Below, piece after piece: positions 28,422 to 37,927 of a stretch of DNA of 64,000 nt. The stretch comes from Candidatus Multivorans sp. (GTDB taxonomy: Bacteria > Acidobacteriota > Thermoanaerobaculia > Multivoradales > Multivoraceae). The notes under the pieces were generated by a model. It was given only the letters and a program-made list of their open reading frames with translations, did not search any database and was not told the origin of the DNA. The DNA lies in contig CBDBDB010000003.1 in the NCBI GenBank assembly GCA_965203495.1, positions 11,297 to 75,296 on the forward strand. The letters are read 5' to 3'. Both the position numbers and the translations under genes were made by a program. Each line of letters opens with the position of its first letter. The stretch's first letter is position 1.

Positions 28422-29657
28422 TCAGACGTTCTCGAACGCCAGGGATTCGACGAGCCGCGGGTCCCGGGACGGCGCCAGCGGGCCGCGGCTCAGCAACCAG
28501 ACCGCGGTCGCCAGGAACAGGCCGCCGACGCCGAGCAGGCAGGTCAGGTCGAGAAGGCTGAACGTCATCTCCCGATGCAGGTTCGGCATGACCAGCCAGA
28601 ACACGTCCCACAGATGCATGGCCAGCATCCAGACGGCGCCGATCAGCAGGAAGGCGCGGTTGCGCTTGATCGTTCGCGGCATGAGGAAGAAGAACGGGAC
28701 GGCGAAGTGGCCGACGGCCAGCAGCACGGTCGCCGCGCGCCAGTTCGCCGGGTTGTTCGCCGTGCCGTGCAGCCGGCTCAGGAACCAGTTGGTCTCCTCC
28801 GGGATGTTCGCGTACCAGATCAGGAAGAACTGGCTGAAGGCGATGTACGCCCAGAACACGGTGAAGGCGAACAGCAGCTTGCCGAGATCGTGGAAATGCT
28901 CGCCGGTGACCACGCCCCGGAAGTGGCCGGACCGCTCGAACGCCAGCGTGAAGACGATGAGCGCGGCAAACGCCGAAACGACCGTGCCGGCGAAGAAGTA
29001 GACGCCGAACATGGTCGAGTACCAGTGCGGCTCCAGCGACATCAGCCAGTCGAAACCGGCAAACGTCAGCGTCACCGCGAGGAGGGCGATCGCAACGGGG
29101 CTGAATCGCGCCATTCGGCGGGAAAGGGCTTCGTCTCCGCTCTCGTCCTGCCGCCGCGACGCGCTGCGGTAGTAGAGCGCCAGCCCGCTCCAGACCACGA
29201 AGTAGATGACCGCCCGAATCCAGAAGCCGGTCTCGTTGAGCCACGGTTCCTTGACCTGCAGCAATCGGTCATGCGCTACCGCGTCGGCGTGGGTCCAGTG
29301 GAACAGGTCGTACATGCCCAGGGCGACGACGGGAACGAACAGGACCGCCAGCGCCGGCGCCGTGCAGGCCAGGTTCTCGGCCAGGCGGCGCACCACGACG
29401 CCCCAGCCCGCCTTCGTCGCGTGGTGAATCAGCACGAAGAACAGACAGCCGAGACCAATGCCGAGAAAGTAGACGACGGCCACGAGCCAGGAGTGGAAGA
29501 ACTGCTTCGCGCTCTCCGCCGATCCCATCGCCAGAACGACCGACGCGGCCGTGAAGACCAGGCCGACCGTTCCCGCGATCAACGGCAGGCGCGACCAGCC
29601 GCCGCCCGGTCGGATGACCAGCTGATCGAGATGAACGGTGCGCGGTCCGTGGGCCAT
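28422..29657 (-). CDS. actF: Alternative complex III subunit ActF-like (second NrfD-family polytopic membrane subunit)
   Basis: About 410 aa with 10 TM helices. Its ATG overlaps the actD stop by 1 nt. It is similar in topology and motifs to actC and is the third gene of the actC-actD-actF series. Confidence 0.8.
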   Translation of the reverse strand: MAHGPRTVHLDQLVIRPGGGWSRLPLIAGTVGLVFTAASVVLAMGSAESAKQFFHSWLVAVVYFLGIGLGCLFFVLIHHATKAGWGVVVRRLAENLACTAPALAVLFVPVVALGMYDLFHWTHADAVAHDRLLQVKEPWLNETGFWIRAVIYFVVWSGLALYYRSASRRQDESGDEALSRRMARFSPVAIALLAVTLTFAGFDWLMSLEPHWYSTMFGVYFFAGTVVSAFAALIVFTLAFERSGHFRGVVTGEHFHDLGKLLFAFTVFWAYIAFSQFFLIWYANIPEETNWFLSRLHGTANNPANWRAATVLLAVGHFAVPFFFLMPRTIKRNRAFLLIGAVWMLAMHLWDVFWLVMPNLHREMTFSLLDLTCLLGVGGLFLATAVWLLSRGPLAPSRDPRLVESLAFENV

Positions 29658-30265
29658 CAGACGGCGCCTCCCGCGTCGCCGTCTTCCGCCGGGTCGTCGA
29701 TCGGCACGTGCTCCACTTCGACCGCGCCAAGTCCGCTCAGGAACTCGGCGGTGGCCCGGTCGTCGTACTTCGCGTCCCAGGCTTCGATCGCGATGAACAG
29801 ACCGTCGTCCGTGACCCGCGCGAAGTTCTTCGACCGGAACAGCGGATGGTGGTAGGTCGGCAGCTTGTTGAAGGCGAACATGCCGAGCACCGCTCCCAGC
29901 GCCGCGCCGAGCACGCCGAGCTCGAAGGTGACCGGCACGAAGGCTGGCCAGGTGAACAGAGGCTTGCCGCTGATGATCAGCGGATAGGCCTGGACGTGAA
30001 CCCAGCTCTGCAGGGCGAAGCCCAGCCCGGCGCCGGAAAGTCCCGTCGCCAGCACGAGGAAGGGCAACCTGGACGGCTTCAGCCCCATCGCCTTCTCGAG
30101 ACCGTGCACCGGGAACGGCGTCAGCGCGTCCCACTTCGAGTAGCCGGCGTCACGGACCGCCTCGCACGCTCGATAGAGCGCCTTGGCCGTCTCGAAGCGA
30201 GCCAGGACGCCGTAGTGGCGGTAGCCCGCCGACGCTTCCGGCACGTCCAGGGTCATCAGGCCCAT
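29657..30265 (-). CDS. actD: Alternative complex III subunit ActD-like (DUF3341 membrane protein)
   Basis: 202 aa. Cytoplasmic N-terminal part (YGVLARFETAKALYRACEAVRDAGYSKWDALTPFPVHGLEKAMG) followed by 2 TM helices. It sits between two NrfD-like genes with 1-nt spacing. Confidence 0.75.
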   Translation of the reverse strand: MGLMTLDVPEASAGYRHYGVLARFETAKALYRACEAVRDAGYSKWDALTPFPVHGLEKAMGLKPSRLPFLVLATGLSGAGLGFALQSWVHVQAYPLIISGKPLFTWPAFVPVTFELGVLGAALGAVLGMFAFNKLPTYHHPLFRSKNFARVTDDGLFIAIEAWDAKYDDRATAEFLSGLGAVEVEHVPIDDPAEDGDAGGAV

Positions 30266-30266
30266 G

Positions 30267-31727
30267 TCACGCGCCTCCCGCGCCGGCCGTCGCCGGCCGC
30301 GCCGCGGCCGTCGCTCCGGCCCCGGCGGCCGCGACCCGCACGAGTTCCTCGCCCTGGTGCGGATCGGCCTCCGGCAGCACGGTCTTGACCTCCGCCGTCG
30401 CCACCAGCGGCAGGAAGCGGGCGAACAGGCAGAACATCGTGAAGAACAGGCCGAAGCTGCCGATCAGCGAGGCGAAGTCCCAGAAGGTCGCCTGGTAGTA
30501 GTCCCAGCTCGCCGGCAGGAAGTCCCGGTGCAGCGACGACGCGACGATGACGAAACGCTCGAACCACATGCCGATGTTGATCAGGATCGAGGAGACGAAC
30601 AGCCAGCCGATGTGGTTGCGCATCTTCTTGAACCAGAACAGTTGCGGCGTGAGCACGTTGCAGCTGACCATGATCCAGTAGGCCCAGGCGTAGGGGCCGA
30701 GGGCCCGGTTGGCGAAGGCGAACTGCTCGTAGGGGTTGCCGCTGTACCAGGCGATGAACATCTCGATGCCGTAGGCGTAGCCGACCATGCACCCCGTCAG
30801 CAGCATGATCTTGGCCATGTTCTCGAGATGGCGCATCGTGATGATGTCCTCCATCCTGAACAGGACCCGGCAGATCAGCATCAGGGTCACGACCATGGCG
30901 AAGCCGGAGAAGATGGCGCCGGCGACGAAGTAGGGCGGGAAGATCGTCGTGTGCCAGCCCGGCAGCTGGGCGGTCGCGAAGTCCATCGACACGACGGAGT
31001 GGACGGAGAGGACGAGGGGAGTCGCCAGTCCGGCCAGCATCAGGTAGGCCCGCTCGTAGTGCAGCCAGTTCCGGTGAGAACCGCGCCAGCCGAGAGCGAA
31101 GACGCCGTAGACGATCCGCCGGATCCGCGTCCGGGCGCGGTCGCGAATCGTCGCGAGGTCCGGAATCAGGCCGACGTACCAGAACATCAGGGACACCGTG
31201 CCGTAGATCGACACCGCGAACACGTCCCAGATCAACGGACTGCGGAAGTTCGGCCACATGTCCATCTGGTTCGGCAGCGGGAACATCCAGTAGGCGACCC
31301 ACACGCGGCCGACGTGGATGCCGGGAAACACCAGGGCGCACATGACCGCGAAGATCGTCATCGCCTCCGCGGCGCGGTTGATCGAGGTGCGCCACTTCTG
31401 CCGGAACAGGAAGAGGATCGCGGAGATCAACGTGCCGGCGTGGCCGATGCCGACCCAGAAGACGAAGTTGACGATCGCGAAGCCCCAGTTGACCGGATTG
31501 TTCAGGCCCCAGATGCCGGTGCCCTCCCAGAACAGCCAGGCGATCGAAACGCCGAACAGGCCCAGCAGCGCCAGCGACGGCAGGAAGAAGAACCACCAGC
31601 CGATCGGCGTCCCGCGCTCGACCGGCGCCGCGACCGCTTCCGTCAGGGAGCGGAAGTCGTAGCCGCCTACGATCAGCGGCGCGCGGCCGGCGACCGGTTC
31701 CTGGGTGTTGTCCTGACTCTGTGCCAT
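30267..31727 (-). CDS. actC: Alternative complex III subunit ActC-like (NrfD/PsrC-family quinol-interacting membrane subunit)
   Basis: 486 aa. [56 protein letters not shown] matches the ActC/NrfD signature block. Confidence 0.85.
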   Translation of the reverse strand: MAQSQDNTQEPVAGRAPLIVGGYDFRSLTEAVAAPVERGTPIGWWFFFLPSLALLGLFGVSIAWLFWEGTGIWGLNNPVNWGFAIVNFVFWVGIGHAGTLISAILFLFRQKWRTSINRAAEAMTIFAVMCALVFPGIHVGRVWVAYWMFPLPNQMDMWPNFRSPLIWDVFAVSIYGTVSLMFWYVGLIPDLATIRDRARTRIRRIVYGVFALGWRGSHRNWLHYERAYLMLAGLATPLVLSVHSVVSMDFATAQLPGWHTTIFPPYFVAGAIFSGFAMVVTLMLICRVLFRMEDIITMRHLENMAKIMLLTGCMVGYAYGIEMFIAWYSGNPYEQFAFANRALGPYAWAYWIMVSCNVLTPQLFWFKKMRNHIGWLFVSSILINIGMWFERFVIVASSLHRDFLPASWDYYQATFWDFASLIGSFGLFFTMFCLFARFLPLVATAEVKTVLPEADPHQGEELVRVAAAGAGATAAARPATAGAGGA

Positions 31728-31900
31728 CGAGGGCCTGGAAGTAGGGCGGCGGCGCCCTCAAGGGCTGGGCCGGGCCACGAATCGCGCGGAAGCTAGCACC
31801 GGCCCCTGACCGGGTCAAGGAAACGGGCTGCACGGCGGCGGCGCGGGCACGGTCCCGCGCAGCCTACTCCGGCCTCCCCCGGCCTGCGTAGAATGGAAGG

Positions 31901-32692
31901 ATGACCTGTCCACCGACTTCCTCGTCCCGCCGGATTCTCGCGGCGGTTCCCGCCCTGGCCTTCCTCTCGCTCGCCGCGTGCGGCGACGCCGCGTCCGAGG
32001 GCGCTGGCGGCCATGCCGCGGAAGCGACCGAAGCGCCGCCCGCCGAACCCCTGGGCAGGAGCGCCATCGCCGGCGTCGTTCGCTTCGACGGCGAGGCGCC
32101 GAAGCTCCGTCCGCTCGACATGGGCGCCGACCCCGCCTGCGCCGCCAAGCACGCGGAACCGGCATACCCCGAGTTCCTCGCGGTCGACGACCAGGCCGGC
32201 CTGGCCAACGTCCTCGTCTACGTCGCCGACAACGTTCCGCAGGGCCCCTACCCGCCGGCCGAGCCGCCCGTGATCGACCAGAAGGGCTGTCGGTACACGC
32301 CCCGCGTCGCCGGCATCATGGTGGGCCAGGAGCTCCGGGTGCTGAATTCGGACGACCTCCTCCACAACGTCCACTCCCTTTCCGAGATCAACTGTCCCTT
32401 CAACCGGGCGATGCCCGCCGCGATCAAGGAGGCCTCCTTCTCGTTCACCGACGCGGAACCCGCCTTCCGGATCAAGTGCGACGTGCACCCCTGGATGTCG
32501 AGCTACCTCGCCGTCTTCGGCCATCCCTTCTTCGCCGTCACCGGACCGGACGGCGCCTTCGAGATCCCCGGGCTGCCCGCCGGCACCTACACGATCGAAG
32601 CCTGGCACGAACGCCTGGGCAGCCAGCGCGCCGGCGTCACGCTCCTCGACGGACTGGCCGCGACGGTCGATCTCGCGTTCACCCTTCCGTAA
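31901..32692 (+). CDS. Cupredoxin-like (type-1 copper motif) lipoprotein, paralogue of P1 (P2)
   Basis: Lipobox LSLAAC, then the same conserved blocks as P1: DMGADPACAAKH, VLNSDDLLHNVHSLS, NRAMPA, FRIKCDVHPWM and HPFFAVTGPDGAFEIPGLPAGTYTIEAWHE. It is transcribed divergently from actC across a 173-bp spacer. Confidence 0.7.
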   Translation: MTCPPTSSSRRILAAVPALAFLSLAACGDAASEGAGGHAAEATEAPPAEPLGRSAIAGVVRFDGEAPKLRPLDMGADPACAAKHAEPAYPEFLAVDDQAGLANVLVYVADNVPQGPYPPAEPPVIDQKGCRYTPRVAGIMVGQELRVLNSDDLLHNVHSLSEINCPFNRAMPAAIKEASFSFTDAEPAFRIKCDVHPWMSSYLAVFGHPFFAVTGPDGAFEIPGLPAGTYTIEAWHERLGSQRAGVTLLDGLAATVDLAFTLP

Positions 32693-33344
32693 CGGCCAGC
32701 GTCCGCCAGAGCTCCGCAAGCGCGCGGTCCGGGTCGTCGACCTTGATCGTCGTCATGCCGAGCGCCCGCGCGCTCTTCAGGTTCGACCCGATGTCGTCCA
32801 GGAACACCGCCTCGCGCGGTTCGACGCCGATCCGTCGGCAGGCCAGGCGGTAGATCGCGGGATCGGGCTTGCGCAGGCCGACGACGCTCGACTCGACGTA
32901 GTCGTCGAAGAGCGCCCGGATCCCGGCCCGCGTCGCGGCCTCCTCGGCATCCGCGGGTTCCCGTTCCTCCGCGCTGACCCAGTTGTTCGTCAGCGCCGTC
33001 ACGATGTAGCCGCGAGCACGCAGCCGCCGCAGCGCCTCGATCATCCGCGGCCGCGGCCGCGACTCCTCCGCTATCGCCGCCATCATCTCCTCGGCCGAGA
33101 ACCGCTTGGCCGCCGAGGGATCCGCCGCCCTCGCCTCGTCGTCGAAGGCGGCGAAGAACTCCGGTCCCATCGCCAGTTCGCCCCGCTCCATCCGCTGCCA
33201 GGATCCTCCCGGTCCGGCCGCCGCGACCAGGCGGTTGACGAAGTTCTCCTCGATCCCGTTCGCCAGCTCGTAGCGCCGGATGGCGTGCAGCGGGGAGCCG
33301 AAGACGACTCCGCCCAGGTCGAAGATGACGGCTCGACAGCCCAT
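32679..33344 (-). CDS. HAD-superfamily hydrolase
   Basis: N-terminal motif I (VIFDLGGVV) and a C-terminal motif (VFLDDIGSNLKSARALGMTTIKV). Confidence 0.7.
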   Translation of the reverse strand: MGCRAVIFDLGGVVFGSPLHAIRRYELANGIEENFVNRLVAAAGPGGSWQRMERGELAMGPEFFAAFDDEARAADPSAAKRFSAEEMMAAIAEESRPRPRMIEALRRLRARGYIVTALTNNWVSAEEREPADAEEAATRAGIRALFDDYVESSVVGLRKPDPAIYRLACRRIGVEPREAVFLDDIGSNLKSARALGMTTIKVDDPDRALAELWRTLAVTEG

Positions 33345-33360
33345 GAATCCGCTCCTCCCG

Positions 33361-34473
33361 TTATCTCCGCAACGTTGTCGGCAGCGTCAGAGGCTCCGTC
33401 GGCGTTCCACCGGAGGCGATGAAGTCCTCCTCGTCCCAGCGATAGTCCAGGATGTGGATGCGGGGGTCGACGGCGACATACTGCCCGTCGCGGCGGCGAC
33501 GCAGCACGCCGTAGTGGAGATTCGGCTCGACGCCCCATCCCGTCGCGCCGACGCTGCCGATGCGCTGTCCCCGGCTGACCAACTCGCCCGCTTGCACGTC
33601 CGTCGCATCCAGGTGGCCGAACAGGGTGATGAATCGGTCGCCGTGGCGGACGCCAACCATGCGCCCGTAACGAATCCAGGAACGGCCCAGGGCCGCGCCC
33701 CGCCCCGCCCAGGTCACGCGACCTGCCGCGGTGGCCAGCACCGGGGCGCCGCCGGCAACCGCGAGATCGATGCCGGAATGAAACTCCTCCGCTCCCGTGA
33801 CCCGATTTCTCGTCTGTCCGAACGGGCCGACGAGGACGAAGTCGTCGCCCCGGAGCGGCGCCGCGGACGGCGTCAGCTCGACCAGTTCGGGCGCGTCCCG
33901 TTCGACCTCGACCGCGGCCCGCAATCGGCCTCCAATGCGCTCGGTCACTCGTTCCGCGTCTTCCTCGACGCCTGACTCGATCAACACCGCCTCGCCATGG
34001 CGCAAGGTCAGGGCGGGTTCCTCCAGGACATCGACGGCCTCGCCACAGCCCTCGTTCGCGGGCGCCCCGACACCGTAGGACAGAACGATCTTGCACAGTC
34101 GGCCATCCAGCTCCGACGCCAGCTGGCGGACCTCCGAGTAGCGTTCGGCCAGCGCCTCGAAGCGGGCCGCGAGTCTCCGGTGTTCCTCGATCGCCTCGAC
34201 CTGCCCGGACCTGGAGAGCTCGGAGCGCAACACGGCCGGCGCGGCCAGAACGGCGTGGACGACGAAGGCGGCCACGAGGATCAGGGACGCCAACACGAGC
34301 CGCAGCCTCGCGGACGTCACCCCAAGGCGGCGAACCCGTCCGCTCGGGCCGTGGATCTGGACGGTCCCGAGGCGAACGCTGCCGTCGGCGGAAAGCTCAG
34401 CCATCGAACCGGTCCGTCCTGCGGCCGGCCCGACGGCCGAACACCGCGCCCGCGGCGCCGACGCCGACGACAA
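33361..34473 (-). CDS. M23 (LytM-type) metallopeptidase with N-terminal membrane anchor
   Basis: HSGIDLAVAGGAPVLATAAGRVTWAG ... GHLD block (the HxxxD / HxH zinc-ligand arrangement of peptidase M23). Confidence 0.8.
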   Translation of the reverse strand: MSSASAPRARCSAVGPAAGRTGSMAELSADGSVRLGTVQIHGPSGRVRRLGVTSARLRLVLASLILVAAFVVHAVLAAPAVLRSELSRSGQVEAIEEHRRLAARFEALAERYSEVRQLASELDGRLCKIVLSYGVGAPANEGCGEAVDVLEEPALTLRHGEAVLIESGVEEDAERVTERIGGRLRAAVEVERDAPELVELTPSAAPLRGDDFVLVGPFGQTRNRVTGAEEFHSGIDLAVAGGAPVLATAAGRVTWAGRGAALGRSWIRYGRMVGVRHGDRFITLFGHLDATDVQAGELVSRGQRIGSVGATGWGVEPNLHYGVLRRRRDGQYVAVDPRIHILDYRWDEEDFIASGGTPTEPLTLPTTLRR

Positions 34474-34619
34474 CCACGCGCCGCTTGACTGCTGCTCGCT
34501 CTCCCATCACCTCGCCACGTCCGGCGCCGAAAGGTAGCGTAGTCGCCAGAAACTCGGGAAGACACTCGCCAGGAGACGCCCGAAATCCCCAAACACAAAC
34601 CGTCCACGAGATCGGGACA

Positions 34620-34871
34620 ACTCCAGAACGCGCCTTTACGAGCGACTGGACGGCATTCATTCGTGTCGGTCTGACAAACGGCCTGCTCAACTGGGCAGGC
34701 GAGCTCGCGTGGCGCCACGGCCTGCGGACCTACGATGCCGTGCAGTTGGCGGCTGCACTGGCATAGCGGGAAACGACCGGCGCCGCCGCCGAGGAGCTGA
34801 CGTTCGCCTGCTTCGACAACGATCTGCGCCGAGCGGCCGCCGTCGAAGGCCTGACGCCTTGGCCGAAGTGA
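34620..34871 (+). pseudogene. Remnant of a PIN-domain (VapC-type) toxin gene: N-terminus lost, in-frame TAG at 34764
   Basis: ...FIRVGLTNGLLNWAGELAWRHGLRTYDAVQLAAALA*RETTGAAAEELTFACFDNDLRRAAAVEGLTPWPK matches the C-terminal half of VapC/PIN proteins, reading through an in-frame amber codon. The local G+C is about 55%, against about 70% in the flanks. Confidence 0.6.
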
Positions 34872-34989
34872 CCGCCTGAGGGCGGCAGGAAACCTGCCGG
34901 GGGAAGGGCCAACCGAGAGAAGGCGGAGCGCCGAAGCCGGTCACGATCACGCCGGCGCCGGGCTGGCTCCGGAGCCGAAACGGTCGGAT

Positions 34990-36275
34990 CTACGGCGACT
35001 CGATCACGCGACCGCCGACCACCGTGCCGGCCGGCGCGCCGCGGAGCTTCCAGCCCGCGAACGGGGTGTTCCGCGACCGGCTCCGGAAGGTCGCCGGATC
35101 GACCTCGACCTCGCGCTCCGGATCGATCAGGGTGACGTCGCCGGGCGACCCGGCCGCCAGGCTGCCGCCGGGTACGCGGAGGATCCGCGCGGGCGCCGTC
35201 GACAGCAGATCGACGAGCCGCGGCAGGTCGATCACGCCCCTCGCCACCAGCCGGTCCAGACACAGGCTGAGCGTCGTCTCGAGGCCGACGACGCCGTTCG
35301 GCGAGGCGACGAAGTCGAGTTCCTTCTCGTCCGGATGGTGGGGGGCGTGATCGCTCGCAATCGCGTCGATCGAACCATCGACGAGGCCCCCGAGCAGGGC
35401 CTCGCGATCGGCGGCGCTTCTGAGCGGCGGGTGCATCCTGAGGTTCGGGTCCAGCCCCGAGTCGAAGACGTCCTCGTCCGTCAGCAGCAGGTGATGGGCC
35501 GTCACCTCGCAGGTGACCCGGCGGCCATCGGCCTTGGCCGCCCGCATCAGGTCCAGACTGCGGGCGGTCGACATGTGCGCCAGGTGGTAACGGCCGCCGG
35601 TGTCGGCCACGAGCAGCAGATCGCGGGCGACCATCGCGTCGTCCGCGGCGCCGGGGATCCCCTCGACGCCCAGCCGCGTCGAGAACCGCCCCTCGTGCAT
35701 GACGCCGTCGCCGGAGAGCGCGAGTTCCTCGGCGTGCTGGATGACCGGCAGGTCGAAGTGCCGGGCGTAGCGCAGAGCCTGGCGCATCAGGGCGGCGTTC
35801 CATACCGGTCGACCGTCATCGGAAACGGCAACCGCTCCGGCCCGCCGCTGGGCCCCGAACTCCGTCAGCTCGCGACCCTTCAGCCCCCGACTGACCGCCG
35901 CGATCGGGTACACGCGGGCCCAGCCAGCGCGCTCCGCCTGCCTGAGCAGGAACTCGGTCAGGGACGGGTCGTCGTTCACCGGGTCCGTGTTCGGCATGCA
36001 GGCGACGGCCGTGAACCCGCCGGCCGCCGCCGCTCTGGCGCCGCTCGCGATCGTCTCCTTGTACTCCTGACCCGGCTCGCGCAGGTGGACGTGCATGTCG
36101 ATCAGCCCGGGTACCGCGACCAGACCCGCGGCGTCGAACTCGCGCGCGTGCCCCGGCGCCGCGAGACCGGAACCGCAGGCCGTCACCCTGCCGTTCTCGA
36201 TCAGGACGTCGGCCGGGCCGTCGAGTCCCTGGGTCGGATCGACAACCCTGCCGCCGCGGATCGCCAGCGATCCGC

Positions 36276-36279
<4 letters not shown>
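34990..36279 (-). CDS. pyrC: Dihydroorotase (PyrC)
   Basis: GTG start overlaps the pyrB stop (GTGA). Metal-ligand blocks [15 protein letters not shown], ...HLAHMSTA... and ...DHAPH.... Confidence 0.9.
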
Positions 36280-37228
<949 letters not shown>

Positions 37229-37233
<5 letters not shown>

Positions 37234-37783
37234 CCTCGCGCTCGAGCAGTTCGACCGTCTCCTTGCCGTCGACGGCGGCAAAGGAGACCTTGATCACCTC
37301 GGTGTCGGTCGTCTGCACCTGTTCGCCGACGCAGTCCGCGTGGATCGGCAATTCCCGGTGGCCCCGGTCGATCAGCACCGCCAGACGAATCGCCCGCGGA
37401 CGGCCGTAGTCCATGATCAGGGCGTCCATCGCCGCCCGGATCGTGCGACCGCTGTACAGAACGTCGTCGCAGAGCACGACGATCCGGTCGTCGATCGGCG
37501 CCGGCATCGCGCTCTCCTTGACCACGGGCTGCGGCGCGATGGTCGAGAGATCGTCCCGGTAGAGCGTGATGTCGAGCACTCCGACCGGCACGGCGACGCC
37601 TTCGGTGCGCTGGATCTCGGCGGCGATGAACTCGGCCAGCGGTACGCCGCGCGTGCGCACGCCGACCAGCATCAACGAGTCCGTGCCTCCCGCGCGCTCG
37701 ACCACCTCCGCGGCCATCCGCCGCAGCGTCCGCGCCATCTGCGGCGCATCGAACAGCACCCTCCTGACCGTCAGCGCACTCAC
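37229..37783 (-). CDS. pyrR: Bifunctional pyrimidine operon regulator / uracil phosphoribosyltransferase PyrR
   Basis: 184 aa. PRTase fold with [21 protein letters not shown] (PRPP-binding loop). It is the first gene of the pyrR-pyrB-pyrC series. Confidence 0.9.
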
Positions 37784-37927
37784 CGTCGCGGCAGCGTATC
37801 AGCGCCCCGCCGGCGACGCGACATGTTGTGGATTCGTGCCCGCCGCGGCACAACCGCTTGTGACTCATGCACGAACCCTGCTATGTTCCTCGAACTTCGA
37901 CCAGCGCGATTCGCAGCCGCCCGCACG

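Noticed and set aside
29600-29720. Looked for an actE (mono-haem lipoprotein) gene between actD and actF
   Set aside because: The actD stop and actF start overlap by one nucleotide. No CxxCH-containing ORF exists anywhere from 28300 to 31900 on the minus strand.
34885-34901. Perfect 7-bp hairpin cggcagg-aaa-cctgccg between the vapC remnant and pyrC
   Set aside because: No adjoining T/U tract, so it was not called as an intrinsic terminator. It is mentioned only as context in the vapC finding.
37784-37927. Searched the pyrR upstream leader for a PyrR-binding anti-antiterminator loop (UCCNGAGAGG-type)
   Set aside because: No convincing match by eye in either orientation. Regulation may be translational or the motif may diverge. 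No feature reported.
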